From contig JAPKYJ010000015.1 of NCBI GenBank assembly GCA_026394375.1, positions 15,265-79,264 of the forward strand: DNA of 64,000 bases, written 5' to 3'. This document shows positions 49,393 through 59,443 of the stretch, one piece after another. The position numbers and the translations under genes were made by a program. How positions within the stretch are numbered: the first letter of the stretch is position 1; each line of letters begins with the position of its first letter. The notes under the pieces are model-generated. The model had not been told where the DNA came from and did not search any database. It saw only the letters and a list, made by a program, of their open reading frames with translations. The DNA is from Methanomassiliicoccales archaeon. GTDB lineage: Archaea > Thermoplasmatota > Thermoplasmata > Methanomassiliicoccales > UBA472.

Positions 49393-49938
49393 TCAGTTCT
49401 TCGGTCGACGTCGCCAGAGGACGAAGAACAGCACTGCCGCGATCGCTGCGATCACGACCACAGACACGACGATCAAAGAGGGGAACATCTCGACGAAGGC
49501 ATCATGCGCGTTCTCGGCGTTGAGGCCGAAGGCCGCCCTCTCCATCTGATGCGTTCCGGGAGTGACCCGGTCCGTGTTGTCGATGACCATGTGATAGCGT
49601 GTGCCGTCGCGCAGGCTCACCGTCTCATTGACAACCTGACCAGCCAAATGACATCCCGGGTCTCAGGTCGGGTTCTCCCAGCGCTTGAACGACTCGAACT
49701 GCTGATCGTCGAGCAGGAATAGGTCCAGCGAAGCGGTGGAGTACATAACGTATAGGCCGAAGTAGGCTGAAGCCTGTTTCTCGGTGACGAAGGTCGCCAC
49801 CTCGCGGTAGGCGTCGGCGTTCAAGGTCACCGTTCCTGTGCGAGTGAGTTCAGCGCCGACCGCCGGCTGAGACGACGACGCCACGAGCAGAAGAACAAGA
49901 AGCGGCCCTGCCAACCCAGCAATCCAACATCCCTTCAT
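49393..49938 (-). pseudogene. Signal-peptide / C-terminal-anchor protein interrupted by one in-frame TGA
   Basis: MKGCWIAGLAGPLLVLLLVASSS...FKRWENPT-TGA-DPGCHLAGQVVNETV...SLIVVSVVVIAAIAAVLFFVLWRRR. The two track ORFs 49663.. and 49393..49647 share one frame, and the stop lies at 49663-49665. Confidence 0.45.
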
Positions 49939-49988
49939 CCTCACGGGTGGATTCAGCGGTTTGGCACAATAAAAGCATTTTGAATGCC

Positions 49989-50360
49989 TTAGAGGTGCCG
50001 CCCAATCGTCCAGAAAGCGGCTCCCACGGCCAATAGAGGAACGGAGATCTCCCACCGCTGCAGCAATTCCAAGCCCGCGATCAGGGCGAGGATGATGCCC
50101 AGAACCCCCAACCACCCCGCTCGGCGATAGGCCTCGCGAGTGCGACTCAAGTGCGCGATGAACGGGCTGATGGCCAGGTAGACGACCACTAGGACGAGGA
50201 CCCAGGACGCGAATTGCAAATAAGGTGCCACGGCCCCGACCAAGCTCTGTACCATCGTCCCTTTGGGGTCCAGGCCCAAGTAGGCCAGGACACCGCAGGC
50301 GAAAGCGCCCAGGAGCGGACCCCAGGACCTTCTCCACCTTCGGTACCGCCTGCGCGCCAT
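49989..50360 (-). CDS. Membrane protein (about 4 TM), unknown function
   Basis: The internal ATG gives MARRRYRRWRRSWGPLLGAFACGVLAYLGL... The upstream part of the track ORF is non-hydrophobic filler. Confidence 0.45.
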   Translation of the reverse strand: MARRRYRRWRRSWGPLLGAFACGVLAYLGLDPKGTMVQSLVGAVAPYLQFASWVLVLVVVYLAISPFIAHLSRTREAYRRAGWLGVLGIILALIAGLELLQRWEISVPLLAVGAAFWTIGRHL

Positions 50361-50523
50361 CTCAGAACCCCGGCCCACGAGCGACTCCCGGGGATAATAA
50401 TCTAGCATCACCGACGACCGGCGGAGGACCGCGAGCCAGCAACGGTCGGGAACCACCCCTGGAGAACACCAATAGTTATTTAAGGCGAACGACATTAGGG
50501 CGACTTACCTATAGGTGTTTGGA

Positions 50524-50919
50524 ATGGTCGAGTTCAAGGCCGTTATCAATGATGTGAAGAACGGGAAATCCTACCAGGTGCCGGTCACAGGGCATCACGC
50601 CAACTCTCTCATCGGAAAGAAGATCGGGGATGTGGTGGACGGAATATTCGTAGGGCTACCTGGCTACAAGCTCACAATCACGGGGGGAAGCGACAAGGAC
50701 GGCTTCCCCATGCGCAAGGACCTGCCTGGAGTCAAGAGGCGCAAGCTCTTGCTCACCCGGGGAATCGGTTTCAATAGCGATGAGAAGGGACTGCGCAAGC
50801 GCAAGTCGGTGCGGGGCAACGCCATTTCTCCGGAGACGTCACAGCTCAATTTCAAGGTCTCCGCTCCTGGCTCCAAGCCCATCGAGGATCTCATCAAGGT
50901 CGAGGAGAAGAAGAAGTGA
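50524..50919 (+). CDS. rps6e: Ribosomal protein S6e
   Basis: It has [15 protein letters not shown]...[16 protein letters not shown]...RKSVRGN. Confidence 0.9.
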   Translation: MVEFKAVINDVKNGKSYQVPVTGHHANSLIGKKIGDVVDGIFVGLPGYKLTITGGSDKDGFPMRKDLPGVKRRKLLLTRGIGFNSDEKGLRKRKSVRGNAISPETSQLNFKVSAPGSKPIEDLIKVEEKKK

Positions 50920-52151
50920 TGAGCGAGGACCGACAGCCCGAGATCAACATCGGCATGATCGGTCACGTCGACCACGGCAAGACGACTTTGACCAAGGCCC
51001 TGAGTGGGCAATGGACCGATCGTCATTCAGAAGAGATCAAGCGCGGCATCTCCATTAGGCTAGGCTACGCGGACGTCAATTTCTATAAATGCCAGCAGTG
51101 CGAAGGTTCGAGCGCCTACGTCAACCAACCTACCTGCCCCAACTGCGGCGGAGAGGCGGAGTTGCAGCGAGCCGTGTCCTTCGTGGATGCGCCGGGTCAC
51201 GAGACTCTCATGGCCACCATGCTCTCTGGCGCGGCGATCATGAACGGTGCGCTACTGCTCGTGGCAGCCAACGAGAAATGCCCCCAGCCGCAGACGAAAG
51301 AGCACCTGATGGCGCTCAGCATCATCGGCGTGGACAAGATCATCATCGTGCAGAACAAGATCGACATCGTCACCAAGGAAGAGGCCCTGGCGAACTACAA
51401 GGAGATCAAGGAGTTCGTCAAGGGCACCATAGCGGAGAACGCCCCAATCATACCGGTTTCCGCAAATCACAACGTCAACATCGACAAGCTCATCGAGACC
51501 ATCGAACAGATCATCCCAACGCCCAAGCACGACACCAAGAAGCCGGCCCGGATGTTCGTGGCCAGGTCCTTCGACATCAACAACCCGGGCTCACCGCCTG
51601 AGTCCCTCCGCGGTGGTGTGCTGGGAGGCTCCCTCATCCAAGGCAAGCTGGAGATCGGGGATGAGATCGAGATCGCCCCGGGCAGGAAGGTCGAAGCCGG
51701 TCGCGAGATTACCTGGGAGAAGATCACCACCAAGGTGGAATCGCTGCACGCTGGCGATGCGGACCTGGAGGTCATCAAACCGGGCGGGCTCATCGCCATA
51801 GGAACGAAGCTCGACCCCGCCATGACCAAGTCGGACGGACTGACGGGACGGGTAGTGGGCAAGCCTGGGACCTTGCCCCCGGTCCTGCACAAGTTCGTCA
51901 TGACCACAAAGCTGCTGGAGCGGGTGGTCGGTGCGGCGGTGGACCTGGCGGTGGAGAACATCAAGACGAACGAGCCGCTCATGCTCAGTGTCGGGACCGC
52001 TACCACGGTAGGGGTGGTCACCAGCGCGCGCGTGGACGAGTCAGAGGTGGCATTGAAGATACCCGTCTGCGCGGAGAAGAATCAGCGGGTGGCCATCTCC
52101 CGCAAGATCCAGGGCAAGTGGCGGCTCATCGGCTACGGCATCATCAAGTGA
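50916..52151 (+). CDS. eif2g: Translation initiation factor aIF2 gamma subunit
   Basis: It has [10 protein letters not shown], a zinc knuckle (CQQC...CPNCG), DAPGHE and QNKID. Confidence 0.95.
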   Translation: MMSEDRQPEINIGMIGHVDHGKTTLTKALSGQWTDRHSEEIKRGISIRLGYADVNFYKCQQCEGSSAYVNQPTCPNCGGEAELQRAVSFVDAPGHETLMATMLSGAAIMNGALLLVAANEKCPQPQTKEHLMALSIIGVDKIIIVQNKIDIVTKEEALANYKEIKEFVKGTIAENAPIIPVSANHNVNIDKLIETIEQIIPTPKHDTKKPARMFVARSFDINNPGSPPESLRGGVLGGSLIQGKLEIGDEIEIAPGRKVEAGREITWEKITTKVESLHAGDADLEVIKPGGLIAIGTKLDPAMTKSDGLTGRVVGKPGTLPPVLHKFVMTTKLLERVVGAAVDLAVENIKTNEPLMLSVGTATTVGVVTSARVDESEVALKIPVCAEKNQRVAISRKIQGKWRLIGYGIIK

Positions 52152-52158
52152 TCCAATC

Positions 52159-52518
52159 ATGCAGAAGGTCGTTCTGGACACCAATGCGCTTCTCATGCCC
52201 TTCGAGTTCTCTCTGAACATCGATCACGAGCTGCAGCGTCTTCTCGGACAGTGCGAGGTCTATGTGCCCGGTCCGGTGATAGGCGAACTCAAGCGCTCGA
52301 CCAGCAAGCATGCATCTGCGGCGCTCTCATTGGCTCGCAAGTACAACCTCTTTCACACCGAGAGACAGGGCGACGAGGGCGTCATGGAGGTGGCGGGGAA
52401 GCTGCAGGCGTTCGTGGTCACCAACGACGCTCTACTGCGCGCGAGAGTGCGCAAGCGCGGGCTGAAGGTCATCTTTCTAAGGTCCGGGAACCACCTGGCA
52501 TTTGACGGGGACTACTGA
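52159..52518 (+). CDS. PIN-domain protein (Fcf1/COG1412-like) typically linked to aIF2-gamma
   Basis: It has VVLDTNALLMPFEF...VVTNDALLRARVRKRGLKVI, with acidic PIN residues at the N-terminus and TND. Confidence 0.8.
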   Translation: MQKVVLDTNALLMPFEFSLNIDHELQRLLGQCEVYVPGPVIGELKRSTSKHASAALSLARKYNLFHTERQGDEGVMEVAGKLQAFVVTNDALLRARVRKRGLKVIFLRSGNHLAFDGDY

Positions 52519-53367
52519 TCAGATCAGAGGTCGAGGCGGGTCCTCGGGACCGCTGGCCTTGTTCACCCCGGTCTGCCGCATCCGCTCCTCCAGGATGGAC
52601 TTGCCCGTTTCACTGGCTGCGTAGACGGGCACCTTGGTCCCAGCCTGTAGAAGTGCACGGCGCTTCGCCTCTTCCCGCACCCAATAGGAAGCGCAGCCGG
52701 AGACGATGTCGCACGTCTGGAAGAAGGCGCGGGCGTCCTTTTCATCCACGCCCGTGGTGTGGACCGCGAACAGCATCACATGGTCCGCGAACCCGTCCCG
52801 GATCATCTGGGCATCCTGGGCCTTGGCGACGGTCACCCCCACCCTACGATGACCGAGTCTGAAAGCCAGCTCGGTCCCGGCGAACTGATCGATCGTTCCT
52901 CTGTCAGGATCGAGGACGTTCTCCCTGCCCACCGTCTCAATGATCTCCAGGATGGGGGTGGTCTCCATCGTGCCTGACATCCGTCCACCTATCCCTTGGA
53001 TGAGCTCTGGGTCGGTGACGATCACGGTTCCAGCGCCCTCGCAGACCAGGACCGCCGCATCCAGCAGCTTCTGGGAAACGCACATGGCCAATAGTTCGGA
53101 GATGCCAAAGGAGAGGAAATCGGCCATGCGCATCTTGCGCGAAGGCATGCATAACCCGAAGTCCTTGATGCGGAATTCTATGTTCTCTCTGACCACGTCG
53201 GAAGTTATCGTCTCAATGCCGCGGTGCTTGAGGAAAAGCGGGCAATAGGAGACCTGGGGTCTTCCCACGAACGTCACTTTCCCATTCTCGATGACGACCT
53301 TCGTTCGACCCAATGCCTCGATCACGTGCTTGTCCTTCATCGCTCTCATCGGCGAATCAAGATGCAC
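52519..53367 (-). CDS. DUF2099 / putative methanogenesis marker protein 8
   Basis: DKHVIEALGRTKVVIENGKVTFVGRPQVSYCPLFLKHRGIE...NIEFRIKDFG matches my memory of marker-8 proteins. This is unverified. Confidence 0.6.
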   Translation of the reverse strand: MHLDSPMRAMKDKHVIEALGRTKVVIENGKVTFVGRPQVSYCPLFLKHRGIETITSDVVRENIEFRIKDFGLCMPSRKMRMADFLSFGISELLAMCVSQKLLDAAVLVCEGAGTVIVTDPELIQGIGGRMSGTMETTPILEIIETVGRENVLDPDRGTIDQFAGTELAFRLGHRRVGVTVAKAQDAQMIRDGFADHVMLFAVHTTGVDEKDARAFFQTCDIVSGCASYWVREEAKRRALLQAGTKVPVYAASETGKSILEERMRQTGVNKASGPEDPPRPLI

Positions 53368-53537
53368 TAGATAAAAAGGATTGGAGGAATCATTCGCGGG
53401 ACGAAGGCGATAACGAAGGGACTACCTACCACTTCGCCACCTAGTTACTCAGGAAGTAGTTATATATCGTCGCGCTGATTCCTCTAGCCACGGGTCTGGA
53501 AGCTCTTTCAACGGCCATCCAGATGTGAGGGGAGAGT

Positions 53538-54209
53538 TTGGCGCAGGACACCGACGACAAGCTCGTATTGGCGCTGCGGAAGATCGCGCTCTTGGGGGGC
53601 ATGCACGACTACGTGTCCATATCCTCCCGCGAGCTGGGCGACATGCTCAGGGTAAGCCAGCAATCGGCCTCCAAGCGCATCCTAGAGATGCTCAACGAAG
53701 GCTGGATCAGCCGGGACTTGGGAGCCCGCAAGCAGCGCATCAAGCTTACGGAGAGAGGCATCGAGGCCCTGAGGCAGGAGTATTCCGAGTATCAGCGCAT
53801 CTTTGAACCGAGGGACCACCTGATCATCAAGGGCTCTGTGGTCACAGGCATGGGCGAGGGACAGTACTACGTCACCCAGGAAGGGTACCAGGAGCAGTTC
53901 CTGCATCGTCTGGGCTTCCGGCCGTTCGAGGGGACTCTGAACGTCCGTGTCGTTCCCACGGACCTGTACAAGTTGGATATCATCAGGAGGGGCGTGGGCA
54001 TCCTGGTCCACGGTTTCGAACGGAACGGCAGGACCTTCGGGGACGTGGTCTGCCACCGAGCCAACTTCCAGAACCTGGAGTGCGCGGTGGTCGTGCCCAG
54101 CCGCTCGCATTACGAGGATATCATCGAGGTATTGTGCAAGTACCATCTCCGTCGCACCTTGAGCCTGAAGGACGGTGACCAGGTGGAAGTCCGAATATCC
54201 ATGGCCTGA
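53538..54209 (+). CDS. ribK: wHTH-fused CTP-dependent riboflavin kinase (RbkR-like)
   Basis: The N-terminal wHTH is SSRELGDMLRVSQQSASKRILEMLNEGWI. The C-terminal archaeal riboflavin kinase core is GSVVTGMGEGQYYV...FRPFEGTLNVRV. Confidence 0.8.
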   Translation: MAQDTDDKLVLALRKIALLGGMHDYVSISSRELGDMLRVSQQSASKRILEMLNEGWISRDLGARKQRIKLTERGIEALRQEYSEYQRIFEPRDHLIIKGSVVTGMGEGQYYVTQEGYQEQFLHRLGFRPFEGTLNVRVVPTDLYKLDIIRRGVGILVHGFERNGRTFGDVVCHRANFQNLECAVVVPSRSHYEDIIEVLCKYHLRRTLSLKDGDQVEVRISMA

Positions 54210-55049
54210 TCAAGGCCTCTTCTTCAGAACATGCTCCACGGCCGATTGGAAGATGGCCTTGCCATCGCCCTCTCCGGATGGGTCAAGGCCGGAGCGAGTC
54301 CAGTCGGGATGGGTGTAGCGGTGGAACACCCTCTCCGGGTGCGGCATGAGGCCCATGACGTTCCCCGCGGGATTGCAGACACCCGCAATGCTCGATATCG
54401 AGCCGTTGGGAGTCCAAGGATAGCCGGCGTAGTTGCCGTTCGGGTCGACGTAGCGGAAGACCACCATATCCTCCTTCTCCAGTTCCTCCACCATTTTCAT
54501 TTCCTTGGCCTGTTCGAACATCAACTTGCCCTCGGCATGGGCGCTGGGAAACATGACCACCTTGCCTTTGGGCAGGGAGGAGGTGAACACGCAGGACCCT
54601 CGGTTCTCGTGCTTGAGCAGCGTGGGAATGCATTCGAATCGCCCCGAGGAATTGGTGTACAGCGCGGCCTGAGGTTGCGCGCTCATGTTGGTACCGAACG
54701 CAGGAAGAAGGCCCAGCTCCACCAGTATCTGGAATCCGTTGCATATCCCTATGACCGGCCTTCCCGCATCAACGAAGGACCGGATGTCCTTGCTCAGCGA
54801 GGATCGCATACGGGCGGCGAAGATGGCCCCCGCCCGGACGTAGTCTCCGGCCGAGAATCCCCCTGGCAGAGCGAGAATGTCGTAGTCGTTCAGCTCCCGT
54901 CGCATCTCCTTCGGGCAGGAATGGATCAGCTGCTTCAGGTGCACTTTCTCCGGAATGGCGCCGACCTGTCGGAAAGCGGATGTGGTCTCCTCTTCGCAAT
55001 TGGTGCCTTCGATCCGCAGCACGCACACCTTGACATCCCTCTTCTTCAC
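54210..55049 (-). CDS. purQ: Phosphoribosylformylglycinamidine synthase, glutaminase subunit
   Basis: It has VCVLRIEGTNCEEE, GICNGFQILVELGLLP with the catalytic Cys, and MPHPER. Confidence 0.9.
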   Translation of the reverse strand: MKKRDVKVCVLRIEGTNCEEETTSAFRQVGAIPEKVHLKQLIHSCPKEMRRELNDYDILALPGGFSAGDYVRAGAIFAARMRSSLSKDIRSFVDAGRPVIGICNGFQILVELGLLPAFGTNMSAQPQAALYTNSSGRFECIPTLLKHENRGSCVFTSSLPKGKVVMFPSAHAEGKLMFEQAKEMKMVEELEKEDMVVFRYVDPNGNYAGYPWTPNGSISSIAGVCNPAGNVMGLMPHPERVFHRYTHPDWTRSGLDPSGEGDGKAIFQSAVEHVLKKRP

Positions 55050-55055
55050 CTTTCC

Positions 55056-57392
55056 TCACCCCAGCAGCTTCCACAGAGGTTCGGACCAGCTGCGCCTCAG
55101 CTCCCCGACCTCCACATCCACTAGGACGTCGTTGTCCTCGATCACCAGCACCTTCCCTCCCACGGTGCCGATGCGCGTGCAGGGAGCCTTCATCCGCTGC
55201 AGCCACTCGTCCTCCTTGCGCTTGTCGACCTCCACCAGCCATCGGGAATGCGATTCGGAGAATAGCTTGACGGTCGAGGGCAGGTCCTTGATCCCCTTCA
55301 GGTCCACGTTCGCTCCCAGGTCCCCGCCGATGCACATCTCTGCCAACGAGACCCCAAGCCCACCGTCTGAGAGGTCATGGCAGCTGCGCACCAGGCCGCG
55401 GTCCATGCAATCCAGCAGAGCGCTCATGGAACTGGCGAGCGAGGATGAGATCACTCCCGGCACCTCTCCTCCTTTTCCGCCGAGCAAGCGGAAGAAGGCC
55501 GAGCCCGCCATCTCCTGCTTCGTATCGCCCAGGAGATAGAGCGGTCCGCCTTCCTCCTTCAGGTCGGTGGTCACACACTTGCGGATGTCCGGCACGATGC
55601 CCACTCCGAGCACTGTGGCGGTCGGGAGGCAGGCGCCTCTCGCCGTCTCATTGTAGAAGCTGACGTTGCCGGAAGGCACGGCCAGGTTGAGGACCGATGC
55701 CACATCCCCGATGCCTCGCACCGCCTCCCGGAACTCACCCAGGCGCTCGGGCTTCTCCGGGTTGCCAAAGTTGAGGCAGTCGGTGAGCGAATGCGGCATC
55801 CCGCCCACGGCGGCGATGTTGCGGCAGGCCTCGTCCACCGATGCCTGCCCTCCCTTGTAGGGGTCGAGCGAAGTGAACCAGGGATTGACCCCCACTGCGA
55901 TGGCCAACCCTCGCCAGGAGTTCTCCAGCGGCTTGATGACCGTGGCATCACCCGGACCTCGCATTCCCAGCTTGCCCTGGAGCGGCTTGATGACCGTGTT
56001 CCCTCGCACCTCGTGATCGTAGAGGCGGATGACCCATTCCTTGGAGGCGATGTTGGGGTCTGCGAGCAGCTTGAGCAACACCCCGGTCAGGTCGCGGGGA
56101 AGCTTGGGCATGACCTCCTCCACCAGCGAGGGAGGAGCCTGCAAGCAAGAAGGACGGCAGTATTCCGGACCTTTGGTCAGGAAATCCAGGTCCATCTCGA
56201 ACACCCTCTTCCCATGGAAGTTCAAGCGCACCACTTGTTCCTTGATCACCCGACCTATGACGGTTGCGGGGACGTCCCAGAGCTCGAACACCTCCAGAAT
56301 GGCCTTGACATTCTTCTCCGAGACGGCCAGCATCATTCGCTCCTGCGACTCGGATACCCAGATCTCCCAGGGTGCCAGACCGACCTCCTTCAGAGGTACT
56401 TTATCCAAAGAGACCTCCGCCCCGCACCCCCCTGATAGGGCGATCTCGCCCACGACGCAAGAAAGTCCCCCTCCACCTAGGTCCTTCATGCCATGCAACA
56501 GGCCACGCGAGTTCACCTCCAGGCAGGCGTGGATGAGCGGCTCCTTCATGATGGGGTCGCCCAGCTGCACGGCCCCTCGGGACTCTTCCTCGGAGGTTGC
56601 TTTCAGTTCCGCGGAGGCAAATGTGACACCGTGTATGCCGTCCCGGCCGGTCCTTCCCCCGACCAGGATGAGGACGTCCCCTACCCCCTTGACGGCGTTC
56701 CTCACTATGTCGGAGCGCTTGGCGATGCCCACGCAGCCCACGTTCACCAGGCAGTTGCCCACGTAGCGGTCGTCGAAGTACACGCCCCCGGCCACGGTGG
56801 GGATACCAATGCGGTTGCCGTAGTCGCGGATGCCCGCCACCACCCCACCGACCAGATACTTGGGGTGCTTGGTGCCCGCCGGAACCTCCCCTGAGTAGTC
56901 GATCGAACCGAAGAACAGCGGATCCACCAGTGCGATCGGCTGCGCTCCCATGCACAGCACGTCCCGCACTATGCCCCCTATCCCCGTGGCCGCTCCACCA
57001 TAGGGCTCGATGGCCGAAGGGTGGTTGTGGCTCTCGATCCTCAAGGCGTAGGCGTGCTCCTCATCGAAGGCCATGACGCCCGCGTCCCCTTTCATCAGCA
57101 CGTCTGGATGATGGATGTTGAAGATGTGATCGCGCAAAAAACGTTTGGATGATTTGTAGCAGCAGTGCTCGCTCCACGCCTGTCCGATGGACTGAAGCTC
57201 CACGTCGGTGGGCGCACGCATCTTGGCGGCGAAATAGCGCTGGACGCTCTTCATCTCCTCCAGGCTCAGACTCAAGGACAGAGCCTCGCTGATCTGCCTG
57301 AGCTGCTCATCGTTCGCCTCTCGGACCTCGATATCGAAAAGCTCGAAGTCCTCCGGGCGCCGGGTCATGAGAGCCTCGATCGCCATGGGCAT
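55056..57392 (-). CDS. purL: Phosphoribosylformylglycinamidine synthase subunit PurL
   Basis: It has QAWSEHCCYKS, ESHNHPSAIEPYGGAATG and duplicated AIR-synthase-like domains. The ATG at 57392 overlaps the purS stop, and the longer track ORF runs across purS. Confidence 0.95.
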   Translation of the reverse strand: MPMAIEALMTRRPEDFELFDIEVREANDEQLRQISEALSLSLSLEEMKSVQRYFAAKMRAPTDVELQSIGQAWSEHCCYKSSKRFLRDHIFNIHHPDVLMKGDAGVMAFDEEHAYALRIESHNHPSAIEPYGGAATGIGGIVRDVLCMGAQPIALVDPLFFGSIDYSGEVPAGTKHPKYLVGGVVAGIRDYGNRIGIPTVAGGVYFDDRYVGNCLVNVGCVGIAKRSDIVRNAVKGVGDVLILVGGRTGRDGIHGVTFASAELKATSEEESRGAVQLGDPIMKEPLIHACLEVNSRGLLHGMKDLGGGGLSCVVGEIALSGGCGAEVSLDKVPLKEVGLAPWEIWVSESQERMMLAVSEKNVKAILEVFELWDVPATVIGRVIKEQVVRLNFHGKRVFEMDLDFLTKGPEYCRPSCLQAPPSLVEEVMPKLPRDLTGVLLKLLADPNIASKEWVIRLYDHEVRGNTVIKPLQGKLGMRGPGDATVIKPLENSWRGLAIAVGVNPWFTSLDPYKGGQASVDEACRNIAAVGGMPHSLTDCLNFGNPEKPERLGEFREAVRGIGDVASVLNLAVPSGNVSFYNETARGACLPTATVLGVGIVPDIRKCVTTDLKEEGGPLYLLGDTKQEMAGSAFFRLLGGKGGEVPGVISSSLASSMSALLDCMDRGLVRSCHDLSDGGLGVSLAEMCIGGDLGANVDLKGIKDLPSTVKLFSESHSRWLVEVDKRKEDEWLQRMKAPCTRIGTVGGKVLVIEDNDVLVDVEVGELRRSWSEPLWKLLG

Positions 57393-57643
57393 CACCTGAC
57401 GTGAATGTTGAACTTCTGGATCACCGGATTGGCCAGCAGCTTGCGGCACATCTCTTCCGCCTCTTTGCGGGCTTCCTCGGGCGTGGCGTCGAGCACTACC
57501 TCGAAGACCTTGACCGTCCGCACGCCCCCTATCCCCCTGAAGCCCAGCAGCTCCAGGGCCTTCTTGGTGTTCTGGCCCTCTGGGTCCGCCACCCCTGGCT
57601 TCAGTTCGATCCAAATCTCCGCCGTCACCATCCGCGCACCCAT
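57392..57643 (-). CDS. purS: Phosphoribosylformylglycinamidine synthase subunit PurS
   Basis: It has IELKPGVADPEGQNTKKALELLGF...VRTVKVFEV...LLANPVIQKF. Confidence 0.85.
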   Translation of the reverse strand: MGARMVTAEIWIELKPGVADPEGQNTKKALELLGFRGIGGVRTVKVFEVVLDATPEEARKEAEEMCRKLLANPVIQKFNIHVR

Positions 57644-57757
57644 CTGTGGAATCTCGGAGTCGATACTTAACTGTTGGGCGTGTGGAAGGAGGACCAGGGA
57701 TATTATCGGTCCTCCTCCCGATACGCACTTAGCCCATTCGAGAGAATACTGCTCTAG

Positions 57758-58738
57758 ATGACATCAAGGGAACGCGATCCGATCCCATGGCTGTTGCAGG
57801 GAGACCCCTGGGTCAGGCTGCGTACTAGGCTCGATCTGATGCGGGCGAGGCCCGATTCGGTCGAAGTCCAGGAGGATCAAAGGGAGACACGGCGCGACCT
57901 GCGGATAATCGCCCTGGTCAAAGAGGTGAGCGCTCTTCCCTGGCCGCCGCTGACCAGTCACAAGAACGCATCTCATCCCATCCACAAGCTGACCTTCCTA
58001 GCGGACCTGGGTCTCAATGGCAGCGAGCTGGGATTGGACCGTCTGGCATCTCGACTGATCGGCAATGCCTCGGAGGAGGGTCCGCTGCAGGTGCCGATGT
58101 TGATATCCAAGTCGTATGGAGGGAGTGGCGGTCTGTCCTCCGCTTGGGCGCTCTGCGATGCCCCCACGCTCTCCTTCGCCCTATGTTCGTTGGGCTATTC
58201 CTCCCCTGTCCTGGAGAGAGCGAACGCCCATCTTATGGCCTTGGCGAGGGACAACGGCTGGCCGTGTGCGGTCTCCGCCAGTCTCAAGCCTTTCCACGGT
58301 CCAGGAAAGAAGAGTGATCCATGCCCATACGCGACCTTGGCGATGCTCAAGCTCGCTCTTTGCTCGGATAGCTCCCGCAATTCCTGCGAAGCTAAAACCG
58401 GAGCGAAGGCCATTCTTGATCTCTGGAAGCAAAGCCGAGAGCGACACCCCTACATGTTCTACATGGGCACCGATTTCAGGAAGATTAAGGTTCCATTCGT
58501 CTGGTACGACATTCTGCATGTGGCCGACGTGCTGAGCAGGTTCGACTTCTGTAGGGGGGATGATCGTCTCAGAGAGATGGTGGACATCATCGGCCGGAAG
58601 GCGGACCAGGAGAATAGGTTCACACCCGAGTCGATATGGACCGCCTGGAAGGATTGGGAGTTCGGGCAGAAGAAGGAACCTTCTCGGTGGCTTACCTTTC
58701 TGGCCATCCGCCTTCAGAAGCGTTTCGGTGGTCAATGA
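57758..58738 (+). CDS. Hypothetical protein (326 aa)
   Basis: It is a long ORF with ordinary composition and no motif I can assign. It may be helical-repeat-like. Confidence 0.4.
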   Translation: MTSRERDPIPWLLQGDPWVRLRTRLDLMRARPDSVEVQEDQRETRRDLRIIALVKEVSALPWPPLTSHKNASHPIHKLTFLADLGLNGSELGLDRLASRLIGNASEEGPLQVPMLISKSYGGSGGLSSAWALCDAPTLSFALCSLGYSSPVLERANAHLMALARDNGWPCAVSASLKPFHGPGKKSDPCPYATLAMLKLALCSDSSRNSCEAKTGAKAILDLWKQSRERHPYMFYMGTDFRKIKVPFVWYDILHVADVLSRFDFCRGDDRLREMVDIIGRKADQENRFTPESIWTAWKDWEFGQKKEPSRWLTFLAIRLQKRFGGQ

Positions 58739-58756
58739 ACTTGCCAGGGCGGCTCA

Positions 58757-59425
58757 TCAGGCCAGATATCCAGCCTGAATGAAGTCCGAAATCACCTGGA
58801 GCGTCCCGCTGAGGATGAATTCGATCGCCACGGCCGCCAGCAGAAGACCCATGACCCTGGAGAAGGCCATGGCACCGCTCCTTCCCATGCGGCTGAAGAT
58901 GCCCTCCGAGTAGACCAAGAGCACGTAGCTGAGGAAGGCGGTGGCGAAGATGGCTACGAACACCCATATGAAATCCAGGGTGTCGCCTGACTGGGCGGAG
59001 TAAGAGATGGCGATCATCACGGTGGTGATCGCCCCCGGACCGGCGAAAAGGGGGATGCCCAACGGTACTATTCCGATCTCCTCCTTGGCCATCATGTCCT
59101 CCTGGTCCTCATCGGTGATCTTGGTTTTGGACTTCTGGCCCTGCAGCATGGAGAAGGCGATGGTGAAGAGTAGCAGGCCACCTGCGATCTTGAACGCCGG
59201 AATGGTGATGCCGTAGACCATGAAGATGTACCGGCCGAAGAGACCGAACCCCGCCAGGACCGCGATCACCACCAGACAGATCTTGACTATGACCCGACGC
59301 TTGATCTCCTTGGGATAGCCTTCGGTGACAGCGACGAAGAACGGGATGTTCCCGATGGGATTGACGATGGCGAACACCGCAGCGAAGGTGGTGATGGCGA
59401 ACTCCAGGCTCATGAACGGGCGCAA
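58757..59425 (-). CDS. MarC/UPF0056-family membrane protein
   Basis: It has six TM segments. FAIVNPIGNIPFF and GPGAITTVM are typical MarC family motifs. Confidence 0.8.
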   Translation of the reverse strand: MRPFMSLEFAITTFAAVFAIVNPIGNIPFFVAVTEGYPKEIKRRVIVKICLVVIAVLAGFGLFGRYIFMVYGITIPAFKIAGGLLLFTIAFSMLQGQKSKTKITDEDQEDMMAKEEIGIVPLGIPLFAGPGAITTVMIAISYSAQSGDTLDFIWVFVAIFATAFLSYVLLVYSEGIFSRMGRSGAMAFSRVMGLLLAAVAIEFILSGTLQVISDFIQAGYLA

Positions 59426-59443
59426 GGAGAAACGACCTAGTAT

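Larger units (their letters stand above)
38158..50500. mobile_element. Integrated genomic island (arsenic-resistance island with decayed cargo) inserted between infB and rps6e; the right boundary is uncertain
   Basis: An integrase remnant abuts the infB stop. Hand counts of G+C were 18/60 at 45481-45540 and 23/60 at 41281-41340, against 35/60 at 10021-10080. Several pseudogene-like fragments are present. In many archaea the flanking genes form one translation-gene array (from memory). Confidence 0.55.

Noticed and set aside
49663-49665. Selenocysteine reading of the in-frame TGA
   Set aside because: No SECIS-like element was evident, and the inferred lineage is not known to me to use Sec. 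The surrounding genes are decayed, so a nonsense mutation is more likely. It is reported as a finding with modest interest only.
54231-55124. 297-aa plus-strand ORF
   Set aside because: It is antisense to purQ and has no recognisable motifs.
57393-57728. N-terminal 112-codon extension of the purL track ORF
   Set aside because: It runs across purS in another frame with low-complexity sequence. The conserved PurL sequence starts at the ATG that overlaps the purS stop.
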